Part shown: piece by piece, positions 13,326-27,669 of the stretch
Numbering within the stretch: position 1 is the first letter of the stretch
Layout of the letters: the number at the start of each line of letters is the position of its first letter
Source: the human T2T-CHM13v2.0 reference genome, Homo sapiens
Length of the DNA stretch: 64,000 nt
Assembly: GCF_009914755.1 (NCBI RefSeq)
Contig: NC_060932.1
Strand: one strand, 5' to 3'
The notes under the pieces: model-generated
Told to the model about the DNA's origin: nothing
What the model saw: only the letters and a program-made list of their open reading frames with translations
The model's database searches: none
Made by a program: the position numbers and the translations under genes

Positions 13326-15586
13326 AGATGAGTTTCACATAAAAAACAAGTTCAGACATTCTGGTCCAAAATCCACGTTACCCAAATCCTACCCTTCTTC
13401 CAAGAACCTCTGTGGTTTTCCATAAAGCCTTTGCCCACAACTCTAGTCTCTATCAGCCTCATCCAGAACTCGATCCCCAGGTGCTCACTGTTTTGAGTGC
13501 TTCAACTTGGACTTTAACATCTAGATCTTGTGAGAACGCAGATTGCATTGCTAGCAAACTCCCAGGTGATGCTGATGTTGCTGGTCCACATTTCACACTT
13601 TGAGGACTAGGGTATCTAGATCATACATGTTGGAACTACATTACCATGTCAGTCATTTGGTTGTTTAATGTGAGTCCCGCCTCCCAACTTTACTGTAAAT
13701 TCCCAAACAGACATCAAGTTTCGAACGCCTTTGAGAACTCTTCACACCACCAAGGACTGGATATACAGCAGGTGCTTTACAAATACAAGCTGAATTGAAT
13801 AATTCAAAGTAAAAAAACCATGAACTAGATTGCCCCCCGATGGGAATAAAGAATCAATGGAGAATCCAGCTTTAATTATTTGTTATTATTGTTCCTAACA
13901 GGCACTTCCAGAAAGCCACAGAGAATAGCAAACATATACATATACTCAGTGGGGCATTTGAGACCAATATTCTTAGATGTCTACATTAAAAACACAATAT
14001 TCACAAAGTGCAGCTTCAATGACTTAGAAGGGAGATGTGTTTTTCTATAAATTTCTGAAGCGTCTTTTCAAAAGGTCCATCAGTTGTATAATTGCATTCT
14101 CTAATTCCTAGGCCCACCATAGTGTAGAGAATTACTGGGTTCAGTGACATGCAGATCAGGTCCCAATCTCAGAATAAGATTTTTTATCTTTTCCTTTGAG
14201 TCAGGGAATTGCAGAGACTCAAATGGGAATCCCAGACTTTCATGGTTGGCTATGTACTGATTAAGTGATACACTTGCCTGAATCTGCTTTATGCTGCCAA
14301 GTTTTTAATATTTTTATTCAGACACATATATAGGATAAAATAGCAGCATCAATATTAAGTAAATTTGGTAAAACTTAATAAAGCCAAAGCAACAAAGATC
14401 CAGAACTTTATAAGCAAGAAAGTATGAGAGATAACTTCTTGACAAGAAGGAAAATGTATTAAAAAATACATACAGACAAATAAGAGAAGACTTATTTTCA
14501 CCATCTGAGTACCCTTTCATCCAGTCCAAACACCAGACTCAGAACAAAGAACAGGAACATGATTTATTGCCCCAAATAATATCCTAAAACCATAGAGCAT
14601 GCAGCATCCACCAAGGCCATTTGAGTACTTTACCTTATATCAAACCAGTCCCTTCCTTGGGTCCCCTTTTAATAAAACATCATAGGCATCAAAAGAGAAA
14701 ACTTTAATAAAATAGATGCTTCAGCCCCTGAAGATCATTATGTTAAAATTCTGCATATGAGAAGAGCTAGATTTTATTTTAAAAGAAAGTTTTTATTCCT
14801 ATCTCTAAAAGAAAACAACTCAAGTCTCTAGAAAACTATACCAGACATTATATAACAAATTGTTATTTAGGCAAGATATTTTAAACCATTGTCACTAGTG
14901 AAAGGATGATGTAATTTGAGCAACTGTTTATGGAACGTTGTGAGAAAATTAAGCCATTATTATATCATAAAATACCTTGTTTCATAATATCATTTTTGCT
15001 ATTAGGATTTGAAGCAAGAGTTTTCTTAGGGACATGTGTTTTTACATCACATTAAGGTCATTTGTACGCATTATAATATAACCATAACTGTGATAATTAT
15101 TCTTTTGTGCAAAAATTTCAAGTAATCCTTCCAGTAGAACATTAAAAGATTATAATGTATTTGTGTGATTATGTGTGAGTGTGTGTGAGAGAGACTAATT
15201 TGCTAACAATTCTAGGTCTATTAGGTCAGCCTGAGAATCTTGGGGGTTAGTGATTTTTCATGAAAAGGCAACGTCTAGCACAGTGGGTAGGGAGTGGGGA
15301 AGTGGACAAAGCAAAGCTTAAATGAGCTAGAATCTTTTTCCTACTTTTTATGTTAGAAGTCAGGATGGATGGCATTATAACCAATATACATCTATTATAC
15401 CAAGAAAGAGGCTTAGTTTGGAAAAAGCAGTATGCATGTGCCATTTGTAGCTTTCCAAATACCTGGCTGCATTTCCATCAGCATTGCATGCACACAGCAT
15501 GAGAGAGAATTGAGGGATGATCAACTACCATGTCTCTTGTAACGGCCCCATGCTTGTGCCCTGCTGAGGGGATAGAAAGCTGGTGA

Positions 15587-15621
15587 AAACAAACAAACAA
15601 ACAAACAAACAAACAAACAAA
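15587..15621. repeat. (AAAC)n microsatellite
   Basis: About 8.5 perfect AAAC units seen directly. Confidence 0.95.
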
Positions 15622-17448
15622 GTCTTTTCATCCATACTCTTAGCAAATTCTAAAGTATTCAAAGCTAAACTGATTAGAAGGATAGAAATAGATCTTTCAA
15701 GAAAGTCCTCTTTTTCTAACCAAAGGTGCAGGGAATGCGTAGACAAAGGCACATCTCTAAAGTTATCATTTTTTCCGCCTAATCCAGAAAGCTTGAAATT
15801 TTAATATAACCAATACTTTAATAGATAAATGGTAGCTATAGAGAGACATTTGGAACAGGGATTGGTTAGAGAAAAGAGGACTTTCTTGAAAGATCTATTT
15901 ATATGCCTCTAATCAGTTGAGTAAATTTAGTCACATACATTGCAAAACAGAAGCCAATCTTGTGTATGGCACTTCGGATGAGTATGGTTTGCCCTGAATG
16001 GAATGTTTTTAGGGCATTAGAAGGCTCCCATCCATCCTAATCAACTTTGCGTAGAAATGATTCAATATCCAATGTTGGCTCCAATCAGTGCAAGTGTCAG
16101 TCACCGAGCAGAGTCTTGCCCACAGCCCTCTGTCCTCGTTTCCTCATGGCGGAATGCATGTGGTTCTTTCAGGACAAATTCCCTTTCGCCTGCATTCCCA
16201 GAGTGCCTACTCCTGACAGGCTTGCCCGCTATGGCACTGACCATATGGCTAGGCTCATCTGCACGCTCTCCCTTAATAATTCCCTCTCCCTCACTTTCCA
16301 CCTCATTCTATTTTCACAGAGGGCATTTATTTACAGACTCTTCCCCCAAACTACACATCCTCACAAATGTATCCCTGATTCCAGCCACATGAGAGATGCC
16401 TTTAACTCACACACTCACTGAGGTATATCTTGCTGACCATGGCTGTGTGTTGCTTATTTCTGAAGGGAATTAATTTGAAACTTAGCTACATACTATTGCC
16501 TTTCATTCACAGCTCAAATTCCATTCCATTAATTCCTTATACTGTAGCATATAATTTGTTTCACACTCCTAATTGTCCAATGCTATCAATCTTGATTATG
16601 GCATATGTTATCATAAGTTGAGTCTTTCCCAAATATTTTGAAGAAATTTTAAATATCATTTTAAAACTTTTCCTTTTACTTCATATTTACCCTAAGAGAA
16701 ATAGAGTCATGTACCACATGATGATGTTTCAGCCAAAAATGGACCACACATACACAGTGGTCCCATTAAGATTATAAGGGAGCTGAAAAATTCCTGTCAC
16801 CTAGTGACATCATAGCCATATTACCATAATAGCGAAATGCATTACTTACATGTTGGTGGTGATACTGATGTAAACAAATCTACTGCACTGCCAGTCATAT
16901 AAAATTATAACACACAAATTATATATGGCATGTAATACTTCAAATTATAATTGAAAACTATGTTACTGGTTTATGTATTTGCTATAATTTTTATCATTAT
17001 TTTAAAGTGTGTTCCAACTTATAGAAAAAACATTAATTGTAAAACAGCCTCAGGCAGGTCCTTCAGGAGGGATTCCAGAAAAAGGCATTGTTATCACAGG
17101 AGATGGCAGCTCCATGCATGTTATTGCCCCCGAAGACCTTCCACTGGGACAAGATACAGAGGGGGAAGACAGGGACATTGATGATCCTATGTTTGTGTGT
17201 TAGTTTTTAACAAAAAAGTTTAAATTAAAATGTAAAAACATACGTAAAAGTAGGAAAAATAGAAAAAGCTCATAAGAATACAAAGAATGAAAATATTATT
17301 TACAGCTGTACACATGTTTATGTTATAAGCTAAGTGTTATAACAAAAAAGTCAAAAAGTTTTTAAAAGTTTATAAAGTAAAAAATTACAGTAAGCTATGA
17401 TTAAATTACTATTAAAGAAAAAAATTTTTTTATAAATTTAGTGTAGGC

Positions 17449-19706
17449 TGTATTAGTCCATTATCATGCTGCTGATAAAGACATACCTGAGACTGGGAAG
17501 AAAAAGAGGTTTAATCGGACTTATAGTTCCACATGGCTGAGGAGGCCTCAGAATCATGGTGGGAGGCAAAAAGCACTTCTTATGTGGTGGTGGCAAGAGA
17601 AAATGAGAAAGATGCAAAGCGGAAACCCCTGATAAAACCATCAGATCTCATGAGACTTATTCACTACAAAAATAGTATGGGGACACTGCCCCCATGATTC
17701 AAATTATCTCCCACCAAGTCCCTCTGACAATGTGTGGGAATCATGGGAGTACAATTCAAGATGAGACTTGGGTGGGGACAGAGCCAAACCATATCATTCT
17801 GCCCCTGGCCCCTCCAAATCTCATGTCTTCACATTTCAAAACCAATGATAACCAATCATGCCTTCCCAATAGTCCTCCAAAGTCTTAATTCATTTCAGTA
17901 TTAACCCAAAAGTCCACAGTCCAAAGTCTCATCTGAGACAAGGCAAGTCCCTTCCACCTATGAGCCTGTAAAATCAAAAGTAAGCTAGTTACTCCTAGAT
18001 ACAATGGGGTACAGGTATTGAGTAAATATAGCTGTTCAAAATGGGAGAAATTGGCCAAAACAAGGGGTTATAGGACCCATGCAAATCCAAAAATCCAGCA
18101 AGGCCGTCAAAATCTTAAAGTTCCAAAATGATCTCCTTTGACTCCAGGTCATGCTGATGCAAGAGGTGGGTTCCTATGGTCTTGGGCAGCTCTGCCCCTG
18201 TGGCTTTGCAGGGTACAGCCCCCCTCTTGGCAGCTTTCATTGGCTGGCATTGAATGTCTGTAGCTTTTCCAGGTGCACAGTGCAAGCTGTCAATGAATCT
18301 ACCATTCTGGGGTCTGGAGGATGGTGGCCCTCTTCTCCCAGCTCCACTAGGTGGTGCCCCAGTAGGGACTCTGTGTGAGGGCTCCAACCCCACATTTCCC
18401 TTCTGCACTGCCCTAGCAGAGGTTTTCTATGAGAGCCCTGTCCCTGAAGTAAACTTCTGCATGGACATCCAGGCATTTCCATACATCCTCTGAAATCTAC
18501 ACAGAGGTTCCCAAACCTCAGTTCTAGACTTCTGTGCACTGGCAGGCTCAACACCATGTGGAAGCTGCCAAGGCTTGGGGCTTCCACCCTCTGAAGCCAT
18601 AGCTGGAGCTGTACCTTGGTCCCTTTTAGTCATGGCTGGAGTAGCTGGGATGCAGGGCACCAGGCACAGGGACCCCGGGCCTGACCCACAAAATCATTTT
18701 TTCTTCCTAAGCCTCTAGGCCTGTGATGGGAGGGGCTGCCGTGAAGACCTCTGACATGCCTTGGAGACATTTTCCCCATTGTCTTGGGGATTAACATTTG
18801 GCTCCTCGTTACTTATGCAAATTTCTGCAGCTGGCTTGAATTTCTCCTCAGAAAATGGGATTTTCTTTTCCACTGCACTGTCAAGCTGCAAATTTTCCAA
18901 ACTTTTATGTTTTGTTTCCCTTTTGAAACTGAATGCCTTTAACAGCACCCAAGTCACATCTTGAATGCTTTGATGCTTAGAAATTTCTTCTGCCAGATAC
19001 CCTAAATCATCTCTCTCAAGTACAAAGTTCCACAAATCTCTAAGGCAGGGGAAAAATGCCACCAGTCTCTTTGCTAAAACATGACAAGAGTCACCTTTAC
19101 TCCAGTTCCCAACAAGTTCCTCATCTCCATCTGAGACCACCTCAGCCTGGACCTTACTGTCAATATCACTATCAGTATTTTGGGCAAAGCCATTCAACAA
19201 GTTTCTAAGAGGTTCCAAACTTTCCCACATTTTCTGGTCTTCTTCTGAGCCCTCCAATTGTTCCAGCCTCTGCCTGTTACCCAGTTCCAAAGTCACTTCT
19301 ACATTTTTGGGTATCTTTTCAGCAGTGCCCACTCTACTGGTACCAATTTACTGTATCAGTCCGTTTTTACACTGCTGATAAAGACATACATGAGACTGGG
19401 AAGAAAAAGAGGTTTAATTGAACTTACACTTCCACATGGCTAGGGAGGCCTCAGAATCATGGTGGGAGGCGAAAGGCACTTCTTATGTGGTGGTGGCAAA
19501 CGAAAATAAGGAAGATGCAAAAGCAGAAACCCCTGATAGAACCATCAGATCTTGTGAGACTTATTCACTACCACGAAAACAGTATGGGGGAAACTGCCCC
19601 CATGATTCAAATTATCTCCTGCCAGTTTCCTCTGACAACATGTGGGAATTATGAGAGTACAATTCAACATGAAACTTGGGTGGGGACACAGAGCCAAAAC
19701 ATATCA
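17449..19706 (-). mobile_element. Complete THE1 (THE1A-like) MaLR provirus: 5'LTR 19352-19706, internal 17797-19351, 3'LTR 17449-17796
   Basis: Two ~350-bp direct repeats with TG...CA ends. 5-bp TSD taggc (17444-17448) / tagcc (19707-19711). Purine-rich tract next to the 3'LTR on the minus strand. ~1.55-kb THE1-int-like interior. Confidence 0.93.
18715..19332 (-). pseudogene. Remnant of THE1 internal ORF (205 open codons, begins at GTG rather than ATG)
   Basis: ORF track peptide (LELGNRQRLEQLEGSEEDQKMWESLE...WVLLKAFSF) lies in THE1-int. Downstream parts appear as separate fragments (e.g. 18115-18408). Confidence 0.7.
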
Positions 19707-21170
19707 TAGCCTAAGTGTACCATGTTTATAAAGTCTGCAGGAATGTACAGTAATGTCCTAGAACTTCATGTTCACACACCACTCACTCATTGACTCATCC
19801 AGAGCAACTTCCAGTCCTGTAAGCTCCATTCATGATAAGAGCCCTGTAGAGAGGTACCGTTTTTTGTAAACTTTTATAATGCAATTTTACTGTACCTTTT
19901 CTATGTTTAGATATATTTAAATACATAAACACTTACCATTGTGTTATAATTGCCTACAGTGTTCAGTACAGTAACATGCTGTAGAGGTTTGTAACCTAAG
20001 AGCCATAGCGTATACCATCTAGCCTAGGCACATAGGCTATACCATCTAGCTTTGTGTAAGTTCAGTCTGTGACATTTGCATAATGATGAAATCACCTAAA
20101 AATTTATGTCTCAGAACATATCTCAGAACATAACCCTGTCATTAAGTGATACATGACTATATAAACATTCATTACAGTAATTGAGAAATTGTAAGCCTAT
20201 AAAAGGCTTCAGGAAGTCCTGTAATAAAGCAATCTAGCATTGTTTACCACCCAAGGCTTCCCAAACTTATTTTTCCCTAGTTTTATTTTTCATCCAATAC
20301 CTATTAAGATGTACACTGTTCTAGACTACCAATCCCTCAATGAAAAGCAAATGTAACTGCTTTCAAAAACTTGGCTAATGGAAGAAAATCTTCTTACATT
20401 CTGCTGGGCTCTTAGCTCATTGCTTCCAGGAAGATCTGTTCCAGTTCCAGGAACCAAATGACCAGTCCACAGAGCCAGAATGAAATAAGTACCAGCTGGA
20501 GAAACCAAACCCCAGGAGCCTCTGCTTCATTCTCTGAACTTTCACTTTTGGAAAGGCAAAGTGTGACTCAAATCACAGCAAAGATGATATACATGGGTCA
20601 TGGTAACATGTATCGCCAGGAGAAGACAAAGACAATCAGCTCTCCACTCATATTCCTTGCATGTTCCATTTCCTGCATCTTCTCAATGGGAGTTCAAGTA
20701 TTCAGGTCATATCATAATGATCCATGAAGAGTCACCAAAACACATTACTGAAGTAATAAGTGAATCTGCTGTTTGAGAAGAGACTGTCCTTTGGTCACTG
20801 TCCTTTTACCCAATGGCTTGTTTCAGGTCCTAAAGCATGCCAAGTTCTTTCCTGCCTCAGAAACTTCTTACATACCATTGCCTCAGCCAAGAATAGTTTT
20901 CTTTGTGCTTTGAGTTCCTGGTTTCTTCCAGCTTAGATGTCAGCCCCATTGAGAGACTTTCCTCAACCATCCAACATTCTCTTATTATTCCCCGTGCTCT
21001 GCTCTTTTCTTTTGTGATACTTATCTCAAGTTATAATTCCCTGCTGATTTTTTTTCTGTGTTTATTGTCTATCTGCTCCTTTAGACTCCAAGCCCCACAG
21101 GACAAGAACCACATGTGTCTCACATCCACCACTATATACCCTGCCAAGCACAATACCTGGCACAAGGCAG

Positions 21171-21531
21171 TGGTCTTACATCCTTTGGACTGCTATAACA
21201 AAATGCCTTAGACTGGCTAATGTGTAAATAATGGAAATTTATTGCTTATAGTTCTAGAGGCTGGGAAGCCCCAGATCAAGGTGCCGGCAGATTTGGTGTC
21301 TTCAGAAGGCTTGCTCTCTGCTTCAAAGATGGCGCCTTCTTGCTGCATCCTCATATGGTGAGAGGTGCAAACAGCTACCTCACACCTCTTCTATAAGGGC
21401 ACTAATCCCATTCTTGAGGGTTCCATCCTCATGACCTAATCACTTTGTAAAGGCCTGGCCTCTTAATACTATCACATTGACAACTACGTTTCTATATATG
21501 AATTTTAGAGGGACAGATTTGGACTATAGCA
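21171..21531 (-). mobile_element. MLT1A-like solo LTR within an L2 relic
   Basis: ctgctataacaaaatgccttagactgg...aaatttattgcttatagttctagaggctgggaag...ggactatagca. Confidence 0.8.
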
Positions 21532-21561
21532 GAGGTACTTTAAGGTGCTTTAAGAATAATA

Positions 21562-21845
21562 GGCCAGGCATGGTGGCTCACACATCCCAGCACTTTAGGA
21601 GGCTGAGGCAGGAGGATCACTTGCATCCAGGGTTCAAGTCTAGCCTGGGCAATATAGTGAGGCCCCGTCTCTACAAAAAAATAAAAAATTATCTGGGTAT
21701 GGTGGAGTGTGCCTGTATTCCCTGCTACATGGGACACTGAGGCAGGAGGATTGCCTAAGCCCAGGAGGTGAAGGCTGCAGTGAGCCATGATCATGCTACT
21801 GCACTCAGCCTTGGCAACAGAATGAGACCCTGTCTCAAAAAATTA
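21562..21845 (+). mobile_element. AluJ element
   Basis: Dimeric Alu with J-type text (ggaggattgcctaagcccaggaggtgaaggctgcagtgagccatgatc) and high divergence. Confidence 0.9.
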
Positions 21846-22638
21846 ATAATAATAAGTAATAGTTAAACAAATAAATGAAAAATTTGACTCTTTGGAAAGA
21901 GTAGGAGTGCTGTTTCTCAAGCTTGCTTTAACCTCTCAGAGCCTCCCTAAAATCACTGATTCATCAGAGGAGCCCCTCTTCTGCTAAACCCAGGTGGACC
22001 CTTCCAGAGTCATAATCTCTAGGCCACCCCACATCAAGTAGCATAATTAATTGGGGGCTTTGCAGCCAGCTTGCCATGTTGGTGCTCATTACACAATGAG
22101 TGCTCGCTAAATACACAGGCTGAGAATTATCAGCGGTCTAATTTTTTTTTTATTCAGAAATGTTCCATGTCATCCCATGCCACTTCCTCGTGTACAAGTC
22201 ATTTAGCTCTAATTCATGTAGCACACAGTCTGTTGTGTGAAAGCAAGAAGAAGCAGAATACATTGAGCTCCTTTTCTGTGGAAGGCATCAGGGTGGTGGA
22301 CTTGTCAATGTTGTCTCATTTAATTCTCAATTATGAGATGGGTAATATCCAATTTAAGGATGGGAAACTGAGGCTCAGCCAGAGAAAAGTAACTTGCCCA
22401 TGTGTCCACCAACAGGAGGCACTTGTGTTTTTTCTGCTACTCCATAGTGTGTGAAACAGAATGGACAAGGGCCCGTCAATGACTTCGTGAGAGAACTAAC
22501 AAAGTCATCAGTTAGGCTCAATTTGGGGGAACGATATCTGGAAGGTTAATAAAGCAAAGTCTTTTTGACCAGATACAGCTCAGGCTTGATAAGTCGCATT
22601 TCCATGATTTTGAGATATATATTTTTTTTAGTTTTACA

Positions 22639-22907
<269 letters not shown>

Positions 22908-23859
22908 TGCCTTACAAGTTGGTTCATTGAGCTAGTGTATCTTTTTCTCACTAAAAGTTACTATTTTGATAATGGTACTATTAAGCATGACTTGGAATCA
23001 AAGAGGCATGGTTTAGCAGAGCCTGTGATGGTGCTAGTAAAAGAAACCCACATATTTTTCCATCTGCTCCTAATAATATTTAAAATATGATTTTACCAGT
23101 TACTCACATTACTCACATTAGTCCTTATTTTATAAATTGTGAGACTGACACTCAAAGAGGTTAATTAACAAGCCCAAAGTCACACAGCTATTAACAGTCA
23201 AAGCTAGAATTCAAACCCAGGTCCACTGAGCCCCTAAGATCACATTCTTAGTCACAACAATTTCTTGGTTCCCATTCTAGCATTATAGTGTATGAGGCTT
23301 TCCACATTTACAGCAGGACACAGGACGATGGTGGTTAAGTTTTCCTCTAACACGCTATCCATAGCTTGATCAGCACTGTGACACAAAGAAAATAAAACAC
23401 ATAGAGATCGCATGCCTTCCACCACAGTGCAGCTGCTCTCTAGCCAGCAATGCCGGGGTTGCTGGCATTACCAGCATTACCAGTTCACAAAACACCAGCA
23501 AACACCAGATAATGTGATATTAGAGTCCCACAAGGACACAAGACCAACTACTGCTTTGGTCTTCCCCAGTGTCTAGCCTACCATGACTGCTAATGGCAAT
23601 ACAGGAAGCAGCTAGAAACTCCGCCAGTTTCTCTACTTATTAGTGTCAGAGTCAGCAGGGCAACAAAGCTCCATCATTGCTCACGCACAAATTTACCAGG
23701 GGAGGCACATGTGCTGCTATTTTTCACCTTTCACATAGGAGTCCCTATAGACATACTTGATACTCATTTCACTGTTCACAAATCTTCCACCTGAGATTGC
23801 CTGAAGTGCCCTGGAGCTACTACTGATCCCTCTTCCCTACAGATAGGAGGCAAGAAAAG

Positions 23860-24110
23860 TGGTGATTAAGAAGGTGGGCATTTGAGTTGGACTGCTGGCT
23901 TGGAACCCTGGTTCTGCTACGTGCCAGCTGGGCAATGTGAGCATCACTAATGCTGTTAGTTCCTCAGTTTCCTCATCTATAAAATGTTGGTTAATATTGG
24001 GTCTGACCCAATATTAACATTATTACAGTTATCATATTGTCATGAGGCTATTAGGAGGAACTAATGAAATGTGATGTGCCTATACAATACCAGGCATAAA
24101 GCAATGTTAG
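23860..24110 (+). mobile_element. MIR relic containing a perfect 14-bp hairpin
   Basis: cctcagtttcctcatctataaaatg core. Confidence 0.7.
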
Positions 24111-24399
24111 ACATTATAGGTAGATAAATATTCAAGTGAACTATCTAGCAAATACCATGTTTAGTATATTCTCCATTCATATGTTGCCCTTACAAAATCC
24201 TAAATTATAATAACCCTTATAATATATACTTTGTATATGTGTATATATATAAAACCCTTATAATAAGTGAATACCAAGATGATTGGCAAAGGCACTCATC
24301 CTGAGAGCCAGGACATAACAGAAATTGTCCTACTCAGGACTGGATCAAACTGGGGAGCCTCTTCTCTGTCTAAGGAGCTAGCTGTTACTCAGCACCATC

Positions 24400-24500
24400 T
24401 GATTATTATTCAGAAAAATACAGGTCTACTGTTGCCAGAATTTTCTATATTTCAAGAAAATCAGAAATATAGATTTTCATATGAAACCTTCCAACCTATG
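24400..24500. mobile_element. MER102-like hAT relic
   Basis: tgttgccagaattttctatatttcaagaaaatcagaaatatagattttcatatgaaaccttcc resembles recalled MER102. Confidence 0.4.
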
Positions 24501-27500
24501 GATATTAGCAGTAAAACTCAAACTATTTTCAAGGCCAAAGACCAAGTAATGTCTGCATGCTTCTGGTTTGCAAGTCCCACACATGACCCAGCAACTTCAG
24601 ATCTGGCAGTAAGTTTTAATTAACTCTGAATGTTGACCTCTTTATTCAGAAAGACTCTGCTTTTGGTCCTCTTTACTTCTATTATTCCTTAATCCCCTGT
24701 TGATTTACACATTTCTTCTGCAGCCCAGAACAATCGAGAAAGATTTTGAATTTGGGAGTTTCTCATTTTTTCCTCTAACAAAACTGAAGTCAAGAGCAGC
24801 TTGCCCAAAGGAATTTCAGATGCTTAATTGACTACAGAGCTCATCAGAGTATGCTAATGTTATCAAGACGTGATCATACCCCTCATGAAACTACTTCAGA
24901 TTTAGTCTAAGAAAAAAACACTGAATTTTCCTTCTTTTCTTCAAATCACCAAGAAGGTATGAAACTTACAAGGAGCTTCCCTAAGATGAAAGTGTAGCAT
25001 CATCTCTGGAATGAAAGTGGAAGAAGAAAATGGAGGGATAGGCATGCAGTTTGAGCTCCTTACAGATGAAGTCTTTACAGGATGCTTTCTCTAAATGGTG
25101 GAACTATTAAACATCTTCACGTGAACCAATATGAGTATCAAACAGATTCTAAATCTAAAAGTAAATTATTATTAATCCATGTGTTGAATTAATTATGCTG
25201 TTGCTCTTTTCATTAGCAGTGATTTTTGATCTTCCAAGGTATGGCTCGCTTTCAAGTTTACTACCACCATCCGCTCTATTTAAGAGCCTGTTTTGTTGAC
25301 ATCTGGGAAAGTCGCTATCAACAGCCGATGATCTGCTTAATTACACCTGTGTTGACTTCTCAACTCTCTCTATTTATCCCATTGTATGGGTAAACCATTT
25401 GAAACATAAACACTTCATCAGTTCTTGGCCAGATGAAGAGTAAAAAAAGAGAGGGTGAGCGAATCATCCATCATCTCAAGAGAAGCTGGAGTGGGACGCT
25501 GAATTCAGACCCAGATTCAAATCTCTCTCTATAGATGTATAACTTGTGCAAAGGGAATAATAATTGTACTTATCTAGTAGGGAGGTTGACAGGATAACAT
25601 TATCTAATGTTCAAAAAAACATCAGCAGTATTAGGGTAGTATTAAATCACATATGTACATATCAATTATTGAGGGTTTCCTATGTGGCCAATCAGCATGT
25701 GAAACACTTTACACGTGTAAATCACTTAATCCTCACAACAAACCTGAGTTTAAGGATTACTGATTTCTACTTAAGGAAAAAACAAGACTTGGAGAAGTTT
25801 CTACTTTAATCAGGGGAAGCCAAGACTCAGCAAATTAATTTGCCTGAGATTACACAGCTAATAAGTAGGAAGAGTGGTATTTGAAATCCAGCTAACTGAC
25901 TCCAGAGCCCACACATCTTTGCACAGCAAGGGCATTCAATGAAGGGCATGACTGACAGAAAGACATCATTTTAGCTGGGAGAGGGTACAGAAGAAGCAGT
26001 TTTCAATATTGAACCATGCAACAAGATGAAATTGAAAGACTCCGCACCAAGGTGGAAGGCAGGGAGTGAGAAATCAGAGCACAATGGGCAAATAGATGCA
26101 CAGGGATGTGGCCGCACAGGGGCATGGCATCCAAGGCAGGGATAAATCCACGGAGCTGGAGTGGGAGAAATGCGGGAAGGCTTGCCCCAGGGTGGGCGTG
26201 AATTCTGGAGTGGCACTGAAAAGCTGGAGGACAGTTATGTGGTCTGTTCTCCAACATAATATAGGTCTGGAGTCTGGGTGTCCCTGGGAATAATTTGGAA
26301 GGTGTCCCAGTGTCTTTTTTTTTTTTTTTTTTGCCTCCTTGCAGATTAATTTCTTCAGTCAGGGTATGGGCCCTGCACTGTTTCTGCCACACCCAAACTG
26401 AAAACCAATCTCTGACACGGGGAATATCTTAAGTCCCTCAAATACTTGCAAACACTTTAAACATGGCATGCTTCTTGCATGTGGGAAAATTCCCTAGTTG
26501 AAGGGTAAAGAATAATTGTTAACAATTATTTTTTAAATTCTTCCCTTTCACAGAAAGGAAAACTGTGCCAGATCCTGCCAACATAAGAAATGGTCCCAGA
26601 TCCTATTCTTTAAAAAAAGAAAGAAAGAAAAAGAAGACTAAGTATAAAATTGTGTTTCAAAACCCCTGATTTACCTCTTTTAACACTTGAGTTAAGCAGG
26701 AGGCTGCAGGAGACCATGTTATTACTAAATTATGTTTTTATTTTCCTTTGATGTGCCTGATGCGGCTTGCTTGCACATATTGGGGTATTTAGTAAATGAA
26801 CCCTGGGCCCTAGTTATTTATTTATTTACCAATTTCCCTGGCATTATCAAAAGCAAGGAGCAGCTGTGATTTCCCCCAGTTCAAGCATGCAGCTGAATGT
26901 TTAAAAGACCTGCCTTTGCCCAGGCTCCTGCATACTGAAGAATAACATTCACTAATGCATGAAAACTGGAGAAAGGATATCAGAGCAAAACCTGGGCTTC
27001 CAGCTGTGGGAGGGTATGTTCTCCAAAACCTTTGAGCTTTTAATAGACTCTTACTGATAAGCACACAGAAAGGCAGCTGGTTGTGGTCTTTGGAGCCTTG
27101 GAGCCCCAAGACTGTCTCTTCAGTAAGTCAGAAGGAAGAACAAAAATGGATTCCCACCTCCCCACCATCTCACTGACCTCTTAGGTCTGTGCCTTCTGAT
27201 TCAGATGATGCTACCCGAAATGAGCTTCCAGGAATTGGCCCGAGCCTGATAGCCAGTAGGGAGGCCTTATGGGCAGGCAGATTGTTAAAATATAAACATA
27301 TTCATCCCATGACTCATCCCAGGGGAGTCAACCTCTTCCCTGAGCCTCACAAGTACCTGCATGTTGCTCCACTCCTTTTCCCAGACCACCTGGAGTCCTC
27401 CGCAATCCAGCAATGAATGGGCTAGAACCTGGTCCTCTGGCACCCTGCATAGGGAGATGGCTGATACTTCTGGATTGGTTGGTGTCTGTGCCATTGAGAT

Positions 27501-27669
27501 TTTAAAATACTTTTATTATTACCTGTTCGTTGATCTCATTTAGTACTACTTGCAGGATTCCAAGACAAATGGGTCTTTTCTCAGATCCCTCTCTATAGCA
27601 AACAATTAGAGAAAGATTCCTGTGTGTTTAAGGTTTCCTCGTTTTATTAGTTATCTAATAAATTATACA

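Larger units (their letters stand above)
16704..20159. mobile_element. Tigger3b-like (Golem family) DNA transposon split by a THE1 provirus
   Basis: Ends gagtcatgtaccacatgatga / tcattaagtgatacatgacta are decayed inverted termini, each flanked by TA. Internal cagcctcaggcaggtccttcaggagg matches recalled Tigger3b. The sequence rejoins as ...tttagtgtag(g/c)ctaagtgtac across the THE1. Confidence 0.8.

Noticed and set aside
26315-26369. Poly-T + GCAG acceptor with a 19-nt pseudo-exon
   Set aside because: Acceptor strength comes only from a mononucleotide run, and the donor is mediocre.
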